A DNA stretch of 26,396 bases from positions 1-26,396 of the forward strand of contig JBJMOZ010000213.1 of NCBI GenBank assembly GCA_045803465.1, written 5' to 3'. The translations under genes and the position numbers were made by a program. Source of the stretch: Gemmatimonadales bacterium (lineage in GTDB: Bacteria; Gemmatimonadota; Gemmatimonadetes; Gemmatimonadales; GWC2-71-9). Below the pieces are notes generated by a model. That model did no database searches. It saw only the letters and a program-made list of their open reading frames with translations, and was not told the origin of the DNA. Positions 1 to 8,804 of the stretch are shown here, piece after piece; position 1 is the stretch's first letter, and the number at the start of each line of letters is the position of its first letter.

Positions 1-1056
1 CGCGGCGCGAAGCCGGGGCGCACCGTCGGGGTGCGCGCCGACATGGACGCCCTCCCCGTCGTCGAAACCACGGAGGTGGCGTACCGATCGACGACGACCA
101 CGCAGTACCTCGGTCGGGATGTGGGTGTCTCGCACGCATGCGGCCACGACGTGCACGTAGCCGTGGCCCTCGGCGTGGCGGAGGTGCTGGCGGGGATGCG
201 GCAGAAGCTGGCGGGCACCGTGGTGTTCGTCTTCCAACCGGCCGAGGAGGGACCGCCGCCGGGGGAGGCAGGTGGGGCAGAGCTGATGGTGAAGGAGGGG
301 GTGCTCCGCGAGTACCACCCCGACGTCATGCTCGCGCTGCACACCAACGGTTCACCACCCGACGATGCGGGCGACAACGAGCGCACGGGCTCGGTGAGCT
401 GGCGAGCGGGCCCGTTCGCGGCTTCCTCGACGGCCTGGCGGGCCCGGATCATCGGTCGCCAGTCGCATGGCGCCTACCCGCACATCGGCATCGACGCCAT
501 CGTCACCGCCGCGCAGGTGGTGCAGGCGCTCCAGACCATCCGGTCCCGCACGGTGGATCCGACGGCCGCGGCCGTGGTCACGGTCGGCACCCTGCACGCG
601 GGCGATCGCAACAACGTGGTGGCCGGCGAGGCGCTGCTCTCGGGCACGGTCCGCACCTTCAGCGATTCGCTGACCACCGTGATTCGCGAGCGCATGACGG
701 CCATCTTCGACGGCGTCACGAAGGCGGCCGGCGCCACCTACGAGCTCGACTTCTATCAGTGGAACCCGGTCACGGCCAACGACACCGCGCTCGCGCTCCG
801 TTTCGCGCCCGTGCTCGAACGGGTGGTGGGCAAGGCGAACGTGCAGTCGGCGCAGCTCGCGATGGGCGCCGAAGACTTCGCCTACTTCTCGCGGGAAGTG
901 CCGTCGTTCTACTACGAGCTCGGGGTGGTCAACCCGGGCAACGAGTCCGGCGGGCACCACACCCCGACCTTCCGGGCCGACGACGAGGCCATTCCGGTGG
1001 GAGTGCGCACCATGACCGCACTGGTGCTGGATTACCTCCTCGGCAAGGGGAAGTAA
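1..1056 (+). CDS. M20 family amidohydrolase (5'-truncated by window)
   Basis: Frame is open from base 1 (RGAKPGRTVGVRADMDALP). M20 motifs RADMDALP, HACGHD, QPAEE, HGA, GAEDF and HHTP are present. Stop TAA at 1054-1056. Confidence 0.9.
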   Translation, partial: RGAKPGRTVGVRADMDALPVVETTEVAYRSTTTTQYLGRDVGVSHACGHDVHVAVALGVAEVLAGMRQKLAGTVVFVFQPAEEGPPPGEAGGAELMVKEGVLREYHPDVMLALHTNGSPPDDAGDNERTGSVSWRAGPFAASSTAWRARIIGRQSHGAYPHIGIDAIVTAAQVVQALQTIRSRTVDPTAAAVVTVGTLHAGDRNNVVAGEALLSGTVRTFSDSLTTVIRERMTAIFDGVTKAAGATYELDFYQWNPVTANDTALALRFAPVLERVVGKANVQSAQLAMGAEDFAYFSREVPSFYYELGVVNPGNESGGHHTPTFRADDEAIPVGVRTMTALVLDYLLGKGK

Positions 1057-1154
1057 AGGCCTTTCACCGGCCGCTTGACGCTTCCGGTGCGCGGGTGGAG
1101 CTTTCCTCGCGCCGGCCGGCTCCGGGCGGCCCTGACCTTCTGAAAAGTCATCTC

Positions 1155-1775
1155 ATGCGCCTGCTGCCCCGCGACGAGCAATTCTTCCAGTTGTTCGGTG
1201 AGATCGCGATCCGTGCGGTCGATGCCTCCCGATATCTCGGGGAACTGTTCTCCACGGATGGGGAGCGCACCAGCTACCTCATCGAGACCATCGGTCGCAT
1301 CGAGCGCGAAGCCGACAGCCTCACCCACGAGGTGCTCACGCGCCTCGACACGTCGTTCATCACCCCGCTCGACCGCGAGGACATCCATCTCCTGGCCCAG
1401 AGCCTCGACGACGTCATCGACCGCCTCGACGGCATCGCGCGGCGCACGAAGATCTTCCGGGTGGGCACGGCGCCGCGCGGCGCCATGCTCATGACCGGCG
1501 TGATCCACCGGGCCACGCTCAAGATCCACGAGGCGGTCAAGGAACTCGGACTCGAGCGCACCGAGGCGGTGCTCGTCGCCACCCGGGAGGTCCGGCGACT
1601 CGAGGAGGAGGGCGATGCGCTCTACCACGAATGGATGGCGGAGCTCTTCGACGGCAATCCCGACCCGCTCACCGTGATGAAGTGGAAGGAGCTGTACGAC
1701 AAGCTCGAGGACACCCTCGACGGCGCCGAAGACGTCGCGAACACGCTCGAGTCCGTGGCCATCAAGCACGGCTGA
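1155..1775 (+). CDS. DUF47 family phosphate transport regulator (PhoU-like), 206 aa
   Basis: ATG at 1155 (MRLLPRDEQFFQLF) in the 3' part of the 138..1775 ORF. Motifs EREAD, FITPLDREDI and KWKELYDKLE..D..EDVA match DUF47. Lies directly upstream of a PiT gene, the usual pairing. Confidence 0.9.
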   Translation: MRLLPRDEQFFQLFGEIAIRAVDASRYLGELFSTDGERTSYLIETIGRIEREADSLTHEVLTRLDTSFITPLDREDIHLLAQSLDDVIDRLDGIARRTKIFRVGTAPRGAMLMTGVIHRATLKIHEAVKELGLERTEAVLVATREVRRLEEEGDALYHEWMAELFDGNPDPLTVMKWKELYDKLEDTLDGAEDVANTLESVAIKHG

Positions 1776-1777
1776 GC

Positions 1778-2818
1778 ATGGAACCGACCCTCACGTTCGT
1801 CCTCTTCATCCTCGTCGTCGCGCTCGTCTTCGACTTCATCAACGGCTTTCACGACAGCGCCAATTCCATCGCCACCGTCGTCTCGACGCGGGTCCTGCCG
1901 CCCGGCGTCGCCGTGGCCTGGGCGGCGTTCTTCAACTTCGTCGCGGCCTTCACGGTGGGCACGGCGGTGGCGAAGACGATCAGCAAGGGCCTGGTGCGGC
2001 CCGACGTCATCGACCCGACGGTGCTGCTCGCCGCACTGATCGGTGCGATCGTCTGGAACCTGATCACGTGGTATTTCGGGCTGCCCAGTTCGTCGTCGCA
2101 CGCGCTGCTGGGCGGGTTCGCGGGGGCGGCGATCGCCAAGGCGGGCATGGGCGCGCTGATCCCCTCGGGCTGGGTGAAGCCGCTCGTCGGCATCGTCATC
2201 TCGCCGGTGCTGGGGCTGATCCTCGGACTCGGGCTCAAGGTCGGGCTGTCGTGGCTGCTCTACAAGCGCCCGGCGCGCCCGCTCGACAAGCTGTTCCGCC
2301 GGCTGCAGCTCGTCTCCGCTGGCCTCTATTCGCTCAGTCATGGTGCAAATGATGCGCAGAAGACGATGGGCATCATCGTCGGCCTGCTCGTCTCCACCCA
2401 GTCGCTCTTCGCGCAGAGCACCGGATGGATGCGTCACCTGCACCTCACGAGCTCCGATCACGTGCCCATGTGGGTGGTGCTCGCGGCCCACTCCGCGATC
2501 GCCGCTGGCACGGCGCTGGGCGGCTGGCGCATCGTGAAGACCATGGGGACGCGCATCACCAAGCTCACGCCCTTCGGCGGCTTCTGCGCGGAGACGGGCG
2601 GCGGCGCCACGATCCTGCTCGCGTCGGCGTTCGGCGTGCCGGTGAGCACGACGCACACCATCACGGGCGCCATCGCCGGCGTGGGCGCGAGCAGCCGGCT
2701 CTCGGCGGTGCGCTGGAACATCGCCGGCACCATCGTCTGGGCCTGGGTGCTGACGATTCCCGTGTCGGCCGTCATCGCGGCGCTCGCGTACGTGGCCCTG
2801 CTCGCGGCGGGCCGCTAG
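1778..2818 (+). CDS. pit: Inorganic phosphate transporter, PiT family, 346 aa
   Basis: ATG 2 nt after the DUF47 stop. Both PiT signatures are present (NGFHDSANSIAT, HGANDAQK), plus PVSTTH and many hydrophobic helices. Confidence 0.93.
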   Translation: MEPTLTFVLFILVVALVFDFINGFHDSANSIATVVSTRVLPPGVAVAWAAFFNFVAAFTVGTAVAKTISKGLVRPDVIDPTVLLAALIGAIVWNLITWYFGLPSSSSHALLGGFAGAAIAKAGMGALIPSGWVKPLVGIVISPVLGLILGLGLKVGLSWLLYKRPARPLDKLFRRLQLVSAGLYSLSHGANDAQKTMGIIVGLLVSTQSLFAQSTGWMRHLHLTSSDHVPMWVVLAAHSAIAAGTALGGWRIVKTMGTRITKLTPFGGFCAETGGGATILLASAFGVPVSTTHTITGAIAGVGASSRLSAVRWNIAGTIVWAWVLTIPVSAVIAALAYVALLAAGR

Positions 2819-2860
2819 CCGCCGCGTCCCGGTCGCGCTGGTCCCCCGGCTGGACGATAT

Positions 2861-5251
2861 TTGGAGAACCCTCCGCCGGAAGACCAGGTGCCGCCGGACC
2901 CGAACGACCGCCTTCGTCGCGCGCTCACCGATCGCTACAGGCTCGAGCTCGAGCTCGGGCGCGGGGGGATGGCCACGGTCTGGCGCGCGCGCGACCTGCG
3001 GCACGATCGCGACGTCGCGATCAAGGTGCTTCGGCCCGAGCTCGCCGCCGCGCTGGGCGCTGAACGGTTCCAGCGCGAGATTCGCCTCACCGCCAAGCTT
3101 CAGCATCCCAACATCCTGCCCGTTTTCGACTCCGGTGGCACCGACGGCGTGCTCTGGTACGCGATGCCGCTGGTCGAGGGCGCCTCGCTGCGCGACCGGT
3201 TGGAGCGCGAGGGACGCCTTCCGGCACACGAAGCGATCGCCCTGACCGGCGAGCTGGCCGACGCGCTCGAGCACGCTCACGCGTCCGGCATCGTGCATCG
3301 CGACATCAAGCCCGAGAACATCCTGCTCGCGCACGGCCATGCGCTCCTGGCCGACTTCGGCATCGCGCGCGCCGCGGCGACGGTGGAGGGCGCCCGGCTT
3401 ACGGAGACCGGCATGGCCATCGGCACCCTGAGCTACATGAGCCCCGAGCAATCCACGGCCGATCCCGCGGTCGACGGACGCTCCGATCAGTACAGCCTCG
3501 CGTGCGTGCTTCACGAGATGCTCACCGGCGCCGTGCCATTCGCGGAGACCGCCGGTCCGGCGCTGCTGGCACGGCGGCTGACCGAGGCGGTGCCCCCGCT
3601 TCCGCCAGAGATCGCCGTGACGGCGGACGTGCGCGCCGCGGTCGCGCGCGCACTCGAGCGCGACCCGTCGCGCCGCTACCCATCACTCGGGGCCTTCGCG
3701 ACCGACCTGCGACGTGCGCCCGCTTCAGGGGAAGTGGTTTCTGCGCACCGGCCGCACCATCGACGCTCGCGAACGCTGCTACTCGGTGCGGTGACGGTGC
3801 TTGGCCTCATCGCGACCGCGGTCCTGCTGCTCCGGCGCCCGCCCACCGACGTGTCGACCGACCCCTCGGTGGCCGTACTCCCCTTCGAGAATCGAAGCGG
3901 CGACGCCGCGTCCGACTACCTGAGTGAAGGCGTCGCCGACGAGCTCATCGTCCGCCTTACGGCGCAACAGGCGCTCCGGGTCGCTCCGCGGAGCTCGGTG
4001 GCGCGCCTGCGCGGCTCCGCGCTGCCGCTGGACTCGATCGCCCGCCGGCTCAACGTGGCGCACCTCGTCACCGGGTCGGTGGCCCGGCTCGCCGACAGCG
4101 TGCGCGTCAACGTCGAGCTCGTCGACGTGGCGGGCCAGCGACAGCAGTGGGCGCGCCAGGAGGTGGTGCCGGCACGCGGCGTCGGCGGGCTGGTGGCATC
4201 GCTCGCCGATGGCATCCTGGGTTCGCTGCGGCCGGGGTCGGCCGGCACGCCGGCGCTGCGAGCGCCGATCACGCGCGACTCGCAGGCGTACGACAGCTAC
4301 CTGCGGGGGCGCTTCCTCTTCTACCGCTTCACCGAGCGCGATCTCCTCGCCTCGCTCGCCGAATTCGACGCGGCCGTCGCGCGCGATCCGGCATTCGCCG
4401 CCGCCTGGCTGGGTCGTGGCAGCGCCCTGATGGCGAACATGTCGGGCATCGGGCGCCTTGCACCACGCGAAGCCATCCCGGCCATCCGGGAGGCCGTGGA
4501 CACTGCGCTCGCGCTGGACCGATCGCTCGGGCTCGCCTACTCCCTCCGCGGCCAGCTCGCCACCTGGTTCGAATGGGACTGGACGTCCGCCGAACGCGAC
4601 GTGGCACGAGCGCTCGCGCTCGCCCCGCGAGACGCGATCGTGCTGCAGCGCGCCGGGTTCTACTCATCGGTGCGCGGTGACCACGATTCGGCGCTTGCGT
4701 TGAGTGCCCGAGCCCGGCAGCTCGAGCCGGACAACGCGCTGATGTGGGCCGGAGCGGCCAACTTCCACTTCTACGCGCGTCACCTCGATTCCAGCCTCGC
4801 CATGTCGGACCGGGTGCTGGCGCTCGATCCGCGCTTCGTGCCGGGTCTCCAGTTGCGGGCGCAGGCGCTGTCGCTCCAGGGAAGACACGACGAGGCTATC
4901 GCCACGGCGCGCGAGCTGGTCGCCGCCGTGCCGACACTGGGCTGGTCGCACGCGACCCTCGCCACTGTGCTGGCACGCGGCGGCCGTCGCTCGGCCGCAC
5001 GCGCGCTGCTCGATTCACTCGCACACGCGGAAGTGCAGGACCCCACCTACGCGGGCGACATGGCCCGCGCGCTCGTGGCGCTGGGTGATCGGGACGGCGC
5101 CTTCGTCTGGCTGGAACGGGCGCTGCGGGAGCGCTCCAACGCCATTGCGTACCTGCGCGTCGATCCGCAATTGGACGGACTGCGCACCGATTCCCGCTTC
5201 CCGGCGCTGGTGCGCGATGCCGGACTGGCGGACACGCCGCCGTCGCGGTAG
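2861..5251 (+). CDS. Hanks-type Ser/Thr protein kinase with TM segment, TolB-N-like adaptor and TPR-like repeats
   Basis: Intact kinase motifs GRGGMATV, VAIKVL, HRDIKPEN and DFG. Hydrophobic stretch LLLGAVTVLGLIATAVLLL, then SVAVLPFEN and helical repeats. Start uncertain (TTG 2861 or GTG 2888). Confidence 0.88.
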   Translation: MENPPPEDQVPPDPNDRLRRALTDRYRLELELGRGGMATVWRARDLRHDRDVAIKVLRPELAAALGAERFQREIRLTAKLQHPNILPVFDSGGTDGVLWYAMPLVEGASLRDRLEREGRLPAHEAIALTGELADALEHAHASGIVHRDIKPENILLAHGHALLADFGIARAAATVEGARLTETGMAIGTLSYMSPEQSTADPAVDGRSDQYSLACVLHEMLTGAVPFAETAGPALLARRLTEAVPPLPPEIAVTADVRAAVARALERDPSRRYPSLGAFATDLRRAPASGEVVSAHRPHHRRSRTLLLGAVTVLGLIATAVLLLRRPPTDVSTDPSVAVLPFENRSGDAASDYLSEGVADELIVRLTAQQALRVAPRSSVARLRGSALPLDSIARRLNVAHLVTGSVARLADSVRVNVELVDVAGQRQQWARQEVVPARGVGGLVASLADGILGSLRPGSAGTPALRAPITRDSQAYDSYLRGRFLFYRFTERDLLASLAEFDAAVARDPAFAAAWLGRGSALMANMSGIGRLAPREAIPAIREAVDTALALDRSLGLAYSLRGQLATWFEWDWTSAERDVARALALAPRDAIVLQRAGFYSSVRGDHDSALALSARARQLEPDNALMWAGAANFHFYARHLDSSLAMSDRVLALDPRFVPGLQLRAQALSLQGRHDEAIATARELVAAVPTLGWSHATLATVLARGGRRSAARALLDSLAHAEVQDPTYAGDMARALVALGDRDGAFVWLERALRERSNAIAYLRVDPQLDGLRTDSRFPALVRDAGLADTPPSR

Positions 5252-5297
5252 CGCAACCCCAATCATGACATGGGGTTCCGGCCCGACGTCGCGCGGT

Positions 5298-5303
5298 TAT
5301 CTT
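5298..5303 (+). promoter_or_regulatory. Candidate sigma70 -10 element (TATCTT) for the E1alpha operon
   Basis: TATCTT lies 8 nt before the ATG at 5312. No Shine-Dalgarno and no convincing -35. Confidence 0.45.
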
Positions 5304-5311
5304 TGTCCCCC

Positions 5312-6409
5312 ATGACCGCCACGTCCGAACCCCGAGCCGCCGCACCTCCGCACGGCCTCACGCGCGACCAACTGCTCGAGCTGTACTACTGGATGCGCCT
5401 CACGCGCACCCTCGAGGAGCGGCTCGTGGCGCTGTACCGCCAGACGAAAGTGGTCGGTGGGCTCTTCCGGTCGCTCGGCCAGGAGGCGTGCGCCGTCGGA
5501 TCCGCCTTCGCGCTGCAGCAGGGCGACATTCTCTCGCCGCTGATCCGCAACCTCGGCTCGATGCTGGTGAAGGGCGCGCTGCCCATCGAGATCCTGCGCC
5601 AGTACATGGCCAAGGGCGACAGCATGACGCGCGGCCGGGAACTGAACATCCACATCGGCGACCTCGAGCGCGGCTTCGTCGGCCAGATCTCGCACCTCGG
5701 CGACATGGTGCCGGTCATGGCGGGCGTGGCGCTCTCGTTCAAGCTGCGGAAGGAGCCGCGCGTCGGCCTCGCCTACGTCGGTGACGGCGCCACATCGACC
5801 GGCGCGTTCCACGAGGGCATCAACCTCGCCGCCGTGCAGCGCGTGCCGCTCGTGGTGATCGTGGAGAACAACGGCTACGCCTACTCCACGCCCACCGAGA
5901 AGCAGACGGCCGCCAAGTGGTTCGTCGACAAGGCGCCGGGCTACGGAGTGGTCGGCGCGCAGGGCGACGGCAATGACGTGCTCGAGGTGTACCGCGTCAC
6001 GAAGGAGGCGGTGGATCGCGCGCGTGCCGGCGGCGGGGTGAGCCTGCTCGAGTTCCTCACGTATCGCCGCAAGGGGCACGCGGAACACGACAACCAGAGC
6101 TACGTCCCGCCGGGCGAGATCGAGAAATGGGCCACGGAGAACGACCCGCTCGACCGCTTCATGAAGGTGCTGACGGAGACCTACGGCTTCGCCGCCGCGG
6201 AGCTCGACGCGGTCGATGAGCGCGTGCGTACCGAGGTCGATGAAGCCACCGAGATCGCCGAGCGCTCGGCGCCGCCGGAGGCGCTTGACGCGCTCAACGG
6301 CGTCTACGGCGATCCGGCCGTGATGCCGGCGCTGTGGTACCGCGAGGGCGTGCGTTCAGCGGTAGAGAAGCACGAGCGCGCCCAGGGTTGGGGAACGTTC
6401 AATGGCTGA
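5312..6409 (+). CDS. 2-oxoacid dehydrogenase E1 alpha subunit (TPP-dependent; pyruvate or branched-chain type), 365 aa
   Basis: TPP-binding motif GDGA...ENNGYAYS and YRRKGHAEHD loop. Followed by E1beta and E2. ATG 5312 is preferred over 5270. Confidence 0.9.
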   Translation: MTATSEPRAAAPPHGLTRDQLLELYYWMRLTRTLEERLVALYRQTKVVGGLFRSLGQEACAVGSAFALQQGDILSPLIRNLGSMLVKGALPIEILRQYMAKGDSMTRGRELNIHIGDLERGFVGQISHLGDMVPVMAGVALSFKLRKEPRVGLAYVGDGATSTGAFHEGINLAAVQRVPLVVIVENNGYAYSTPTEKQTAAKWFVDKAPGYGVVGAQGDGNDVLEVYRVTKEAVDRARAGGGVSLLEFLTYRRKGHAEHDNQSYVPPGEIEKWATENDPLDRFMKVLTETYGFAAAELDAVDERVRTEVDEATEIAERSAPPEALDALNGVYGDPAVMPALWYREGVRSAVEKHERAQGWGTFNG

Positions 6410-7379
6410 GGTCACTTTTCTTGAGGCGATCCGCGAGGGCCTCAGCGAGGAGATGGAGCGCGACCCGTCCGTCTTCCTGATGGGCGAGGACATCGGCGCG
6501 TACGGCGGCGCCTTCAAGGTCACCGAGGGCCTGCAACAGAAGTTCGGCGCGGAGCGCGTCATCGACACGCCGATCAGCGAGGCTGGCTTCGTGGGCGCGG
6601 CGGCGGGCGCGGCGCACATGGGACTGCGCCCGGTGTGCGAGCTGCAGTTCATCGACTTCATCTCGTGCGCCTACGACATGCTCACCAACTACGTGGCCAC
6701 GGCGAGGTACCGCGCCTTCCTGCCATGCCCGATGGTGGTGCGTGGCCCGTCGGGCGGGTACGTACGCGGCGGCCCGTTCCACTCGCAGAATCCCGAGGCC
6801 GCATTCCTGCACACGCCCGGGCTGAAGATCGTGTATCCGTCCACGCCATCGGATGCGAAGGGCCTCATCAAGTCGGCCATCCGCGACGACGACTGCGTGC
6901 TCTTCTTCGAGCACAAGTACCTCTACCGCCGCATCAAGGAAGTGATGCCGGCGGGCGATCACGTCGTCCCGATCGGCAAGGCGCGCGTGGCGCGGGAAGG
7001 GAAGGACCTCACCATCGTGACGTACGCCGCGACGGTCTGGAAGGCGCTCGAGGCGGCCGAGCAGCTGCAGCAGGAGGACGGGCTATCGGTCGAGGTGATC
7101 GATCTGCGCTCGCTGCTGCCGATGGACGACGAGGCCATCGTGCGGTCGGTGAAGAAGACCAACCGGCTCCTCGTGGTGCATGAGGACACGGTGACCGGCG
7201 GCGTGGCCGGCGAGATCACCGCGCGGGTGAACGAGCTCTGCTTCGAATGGCTGGATGCGCCGGTGCGGCGCGTGGCGGCGCACGATGTGCCGCTGCCCTA
7301 CGCGCCGGCGCTGGAGGATTTCGTGCTGCCGCAGACCAGCGACATCGTCCGCGCGGCCCGGTGGGTAGCGGCGTACTGA
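6402..7379 (+). CDS. 2-oxoacid dehydrogenase E1 beta subunit
   Basis: GEDIGAYGGAFKVTEGL, RVIDTPISE, ELQFIDF and EHKYLY motifs. 8-nt overlap with the E1alpha stop. Confidence 0.93.
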   Translation: MAEVTFLEAIREGLSEEMERDPSVFLMGEDIGAYGGAFKVTEGLQQKFGAERVIDTPISEAGFVGAAAGAAHMGLRPVCELQFIDFISCAYDMLTNYVATARYRAFLPCPMVVRGPSGGYVRGGPFHSQNPEAAFLHTPGLKIVYPSTPSDAKGLIKSAIRDDDCVLFFEHKYLYRRIKEVMPAGDHVVPIGKARVAREGKDLTIVTYAATVWKALEAAEQLQQEDGLSVEVIDLRSLLPMDDEAIVRSVKKTNRLLVVHEDTVTGGVAGEITARVNELCFEWLDAPVRRVAAHDVPLPYAPALEDFVLPQTSDIVRAARWVAAY

Positions 7380-7412
7380 CGCGCCAACATCAACGACAGG
7401 ACAGCAGACATC

Positions 7413-8804
7413 ATGGCCCGAGTCGACGTGATCATGCCCCAGATGGGCGAGTCGATCGCTGAAGGCACCATCTCCCGCTGGATGAAGAAGGCGGGCGACG
7501 CGGTCAAGCGCGACGAGCCGATCTTCGAGATCTCCACCGACAAGGTGGACGCGGAGATCCCGGCGCCCACGGCGGGCGTGCTTGCGGAGATCCTGGTGCA
7601 GGAAGGCACCACGGTTGCCATCAACACCATCGTCGCGCGCATCGAGACCGATGCATCGGCCGCCGCCGCCGCGCCGGCTCCGAGCGCGCCGGCGCCCGCC
7701 GCCAGTGCACCGGCCGCTCCTGCGCCTGCACCTGCCGCTCCACCGTCGCCCGCTCCGCCGAAGCCCGCAGCCGCGGCACCGGCACCGGCACCTGCACCGG
7801 CCGCCCCGCCCGCGAGCGGCGACGGCAGCGAGTCGATGGAGGAGCGCCTGCGCCGCCGCTCGACGCCGTTGGTGCGGAAGATGGTCGCCGAGCACGGCAT
7901 CGACCTCGGCGCGATCCCCGGCAGCGGGATGGCCGGGCGCGTCACCAAGAACGACGTGCTGAGCTATCTCGAGTCCGGCGCGCCCGCCGAAGCACCGGCC
8001 GCGGTTGCACCTGCTCCAGGCGCTGCCGCGGCGCCGGCGCGTCCGGCGGCGCCCGCAACCGTTCCGTCCGCCGCGCCGGGCTATCCGGCCGCCGATCCGT
8101 GGGAGGGCGACCGCGTCGAGCCGTGGTCGCGCATCCGCAAGCTCACCGCGGATCACATGATCATGTCGCGCCGCACCTCGGCGCACGTGGCCACGTTCTT
8201 CGACATCGACTACACGCGCGTCGCCCAGCTGCGCGCGAAGAAGAAGGCGGAATACGCCGAACGCGGCGTCAACCTGACGTTCCTCGCATTCATCGTGAAG
8301 GCGATCGCCGACGGCCTCCGCAAGCATCCCAACGTGAACGTGTCGGTGGGTCACGACACGACGATCTACCGCCGGGACATCAATCTGGGCATCGCGGTGG
8401 CGCTCGACTGGGGGCTCATCGTCCCCGTCATCAAGCATGCCGACGAGCTCTCGCTGCTCGGCGTGTCGCGCGCCATCACCGATCTCGCCGAGCGGGCGCG
8501 GTCGAAGAAGCTGAGTCCCGACGAAGTGCAGAAGGGGACGTTCACCATCACCAACCCCGGCACCTTCGGCTCGACGATCGGTATCCCGATCATCAACCAG
8601 CCGCAGACGGCAATCCTGGCGGTCGGCGCGATCACCAAGCAGCCCGCCGTGGTCACCGTGGACGGGGTGGATGCCATCGGCATTCGCACGATGGGCATGC
8701 TGTCGCTTTCCTTCGACCATCGCGTCATCGATGGCGCCGACGCCGATCGCTTCATGGCCGACGTCAAGAAGTCGCTCGAGTCGTTCGCGGAGGGGTCGGT
8801 CTGA
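7413..8804 (+). CDS. Dihydrolipoamide acyltransferase E2 (single lipoyl domain)
   Basis: Lipoyl motif EISTDKVDAE, E3-binding domain (STPLVRK...GSGMAGRVTKND), catalytic SFDHRVIDG, and Ala/Pro linkers. Confidence 0.93.
   Translation: MARVDVIMPQMGESIAEGTISRWMKKAGDAVKRDEPIFEISTDKVDAEIPAPTAGVLAEILVQEGTTVAINTIVARIETDASAAAAAPAPSAPAPAASAPAAPAPAPAAPPSPAPPKPAAAAPAPAPAPAAPPASGDGSESMEERLRRRSTPLVRKMVAEHGIDLGAIPGSGMAGRVTKNDVLSYLESGAPAEAPAAVAPAPGAAAAPARPAAPATVPSAAPGYPAADPWEGDRVEPWSRIRKLTADHMIMSRRTSAHVATFFDIDYTRVAQLRAKKKAEYAERGVNLTFLAFIVKAIADGLRKHPNVNVSVGHDTTIYRRDINLGIAVALDWGLIVPVIKHADELSLLGVSRAITDLAERARSKKLSPDEVQKGTFTITNPGTFGSTIGIPIINQPQTAILAVGAITKQPAVVTVDGVDAIGIRTMGMLSLSFDHRVIDGADADRFMADVKKSLESFAEGSV
7655..7815 (+). 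repeat. Low-complexity Ala/Pro linker-coding repeats within E2 (approximate bounds)
   Basis: Imperfect gcaccg/gcgccg/gctccg repeats encoding AAAAAPAPSAPAPAASAPAAPAPAPAAPP, the standard flexible E2 linker. Confidence 0.75.

Noticed and set aside
138-1154. N-terminal 339 aa of the 545-aa ORF
   Set aside because: Off-frame overlap with the amidohydrolase. The real DUF47 gene starts at 1155.
1130-1156. PHO box upstream of DUF47-pit (CTGACCT...AAGTCAT)
   Set aside because: No properly spaced 11-bp direct repeats of CTGTCAT; the match is too weak.
7655-8095. Short GC-rich repeats as CRISPR or tandem-repeat locus
   Set aside because: Imperfect, in frame and encoding the normal E2 Ala/Pro linkers. 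No repeat-spacer periodicity anywhere in the window.
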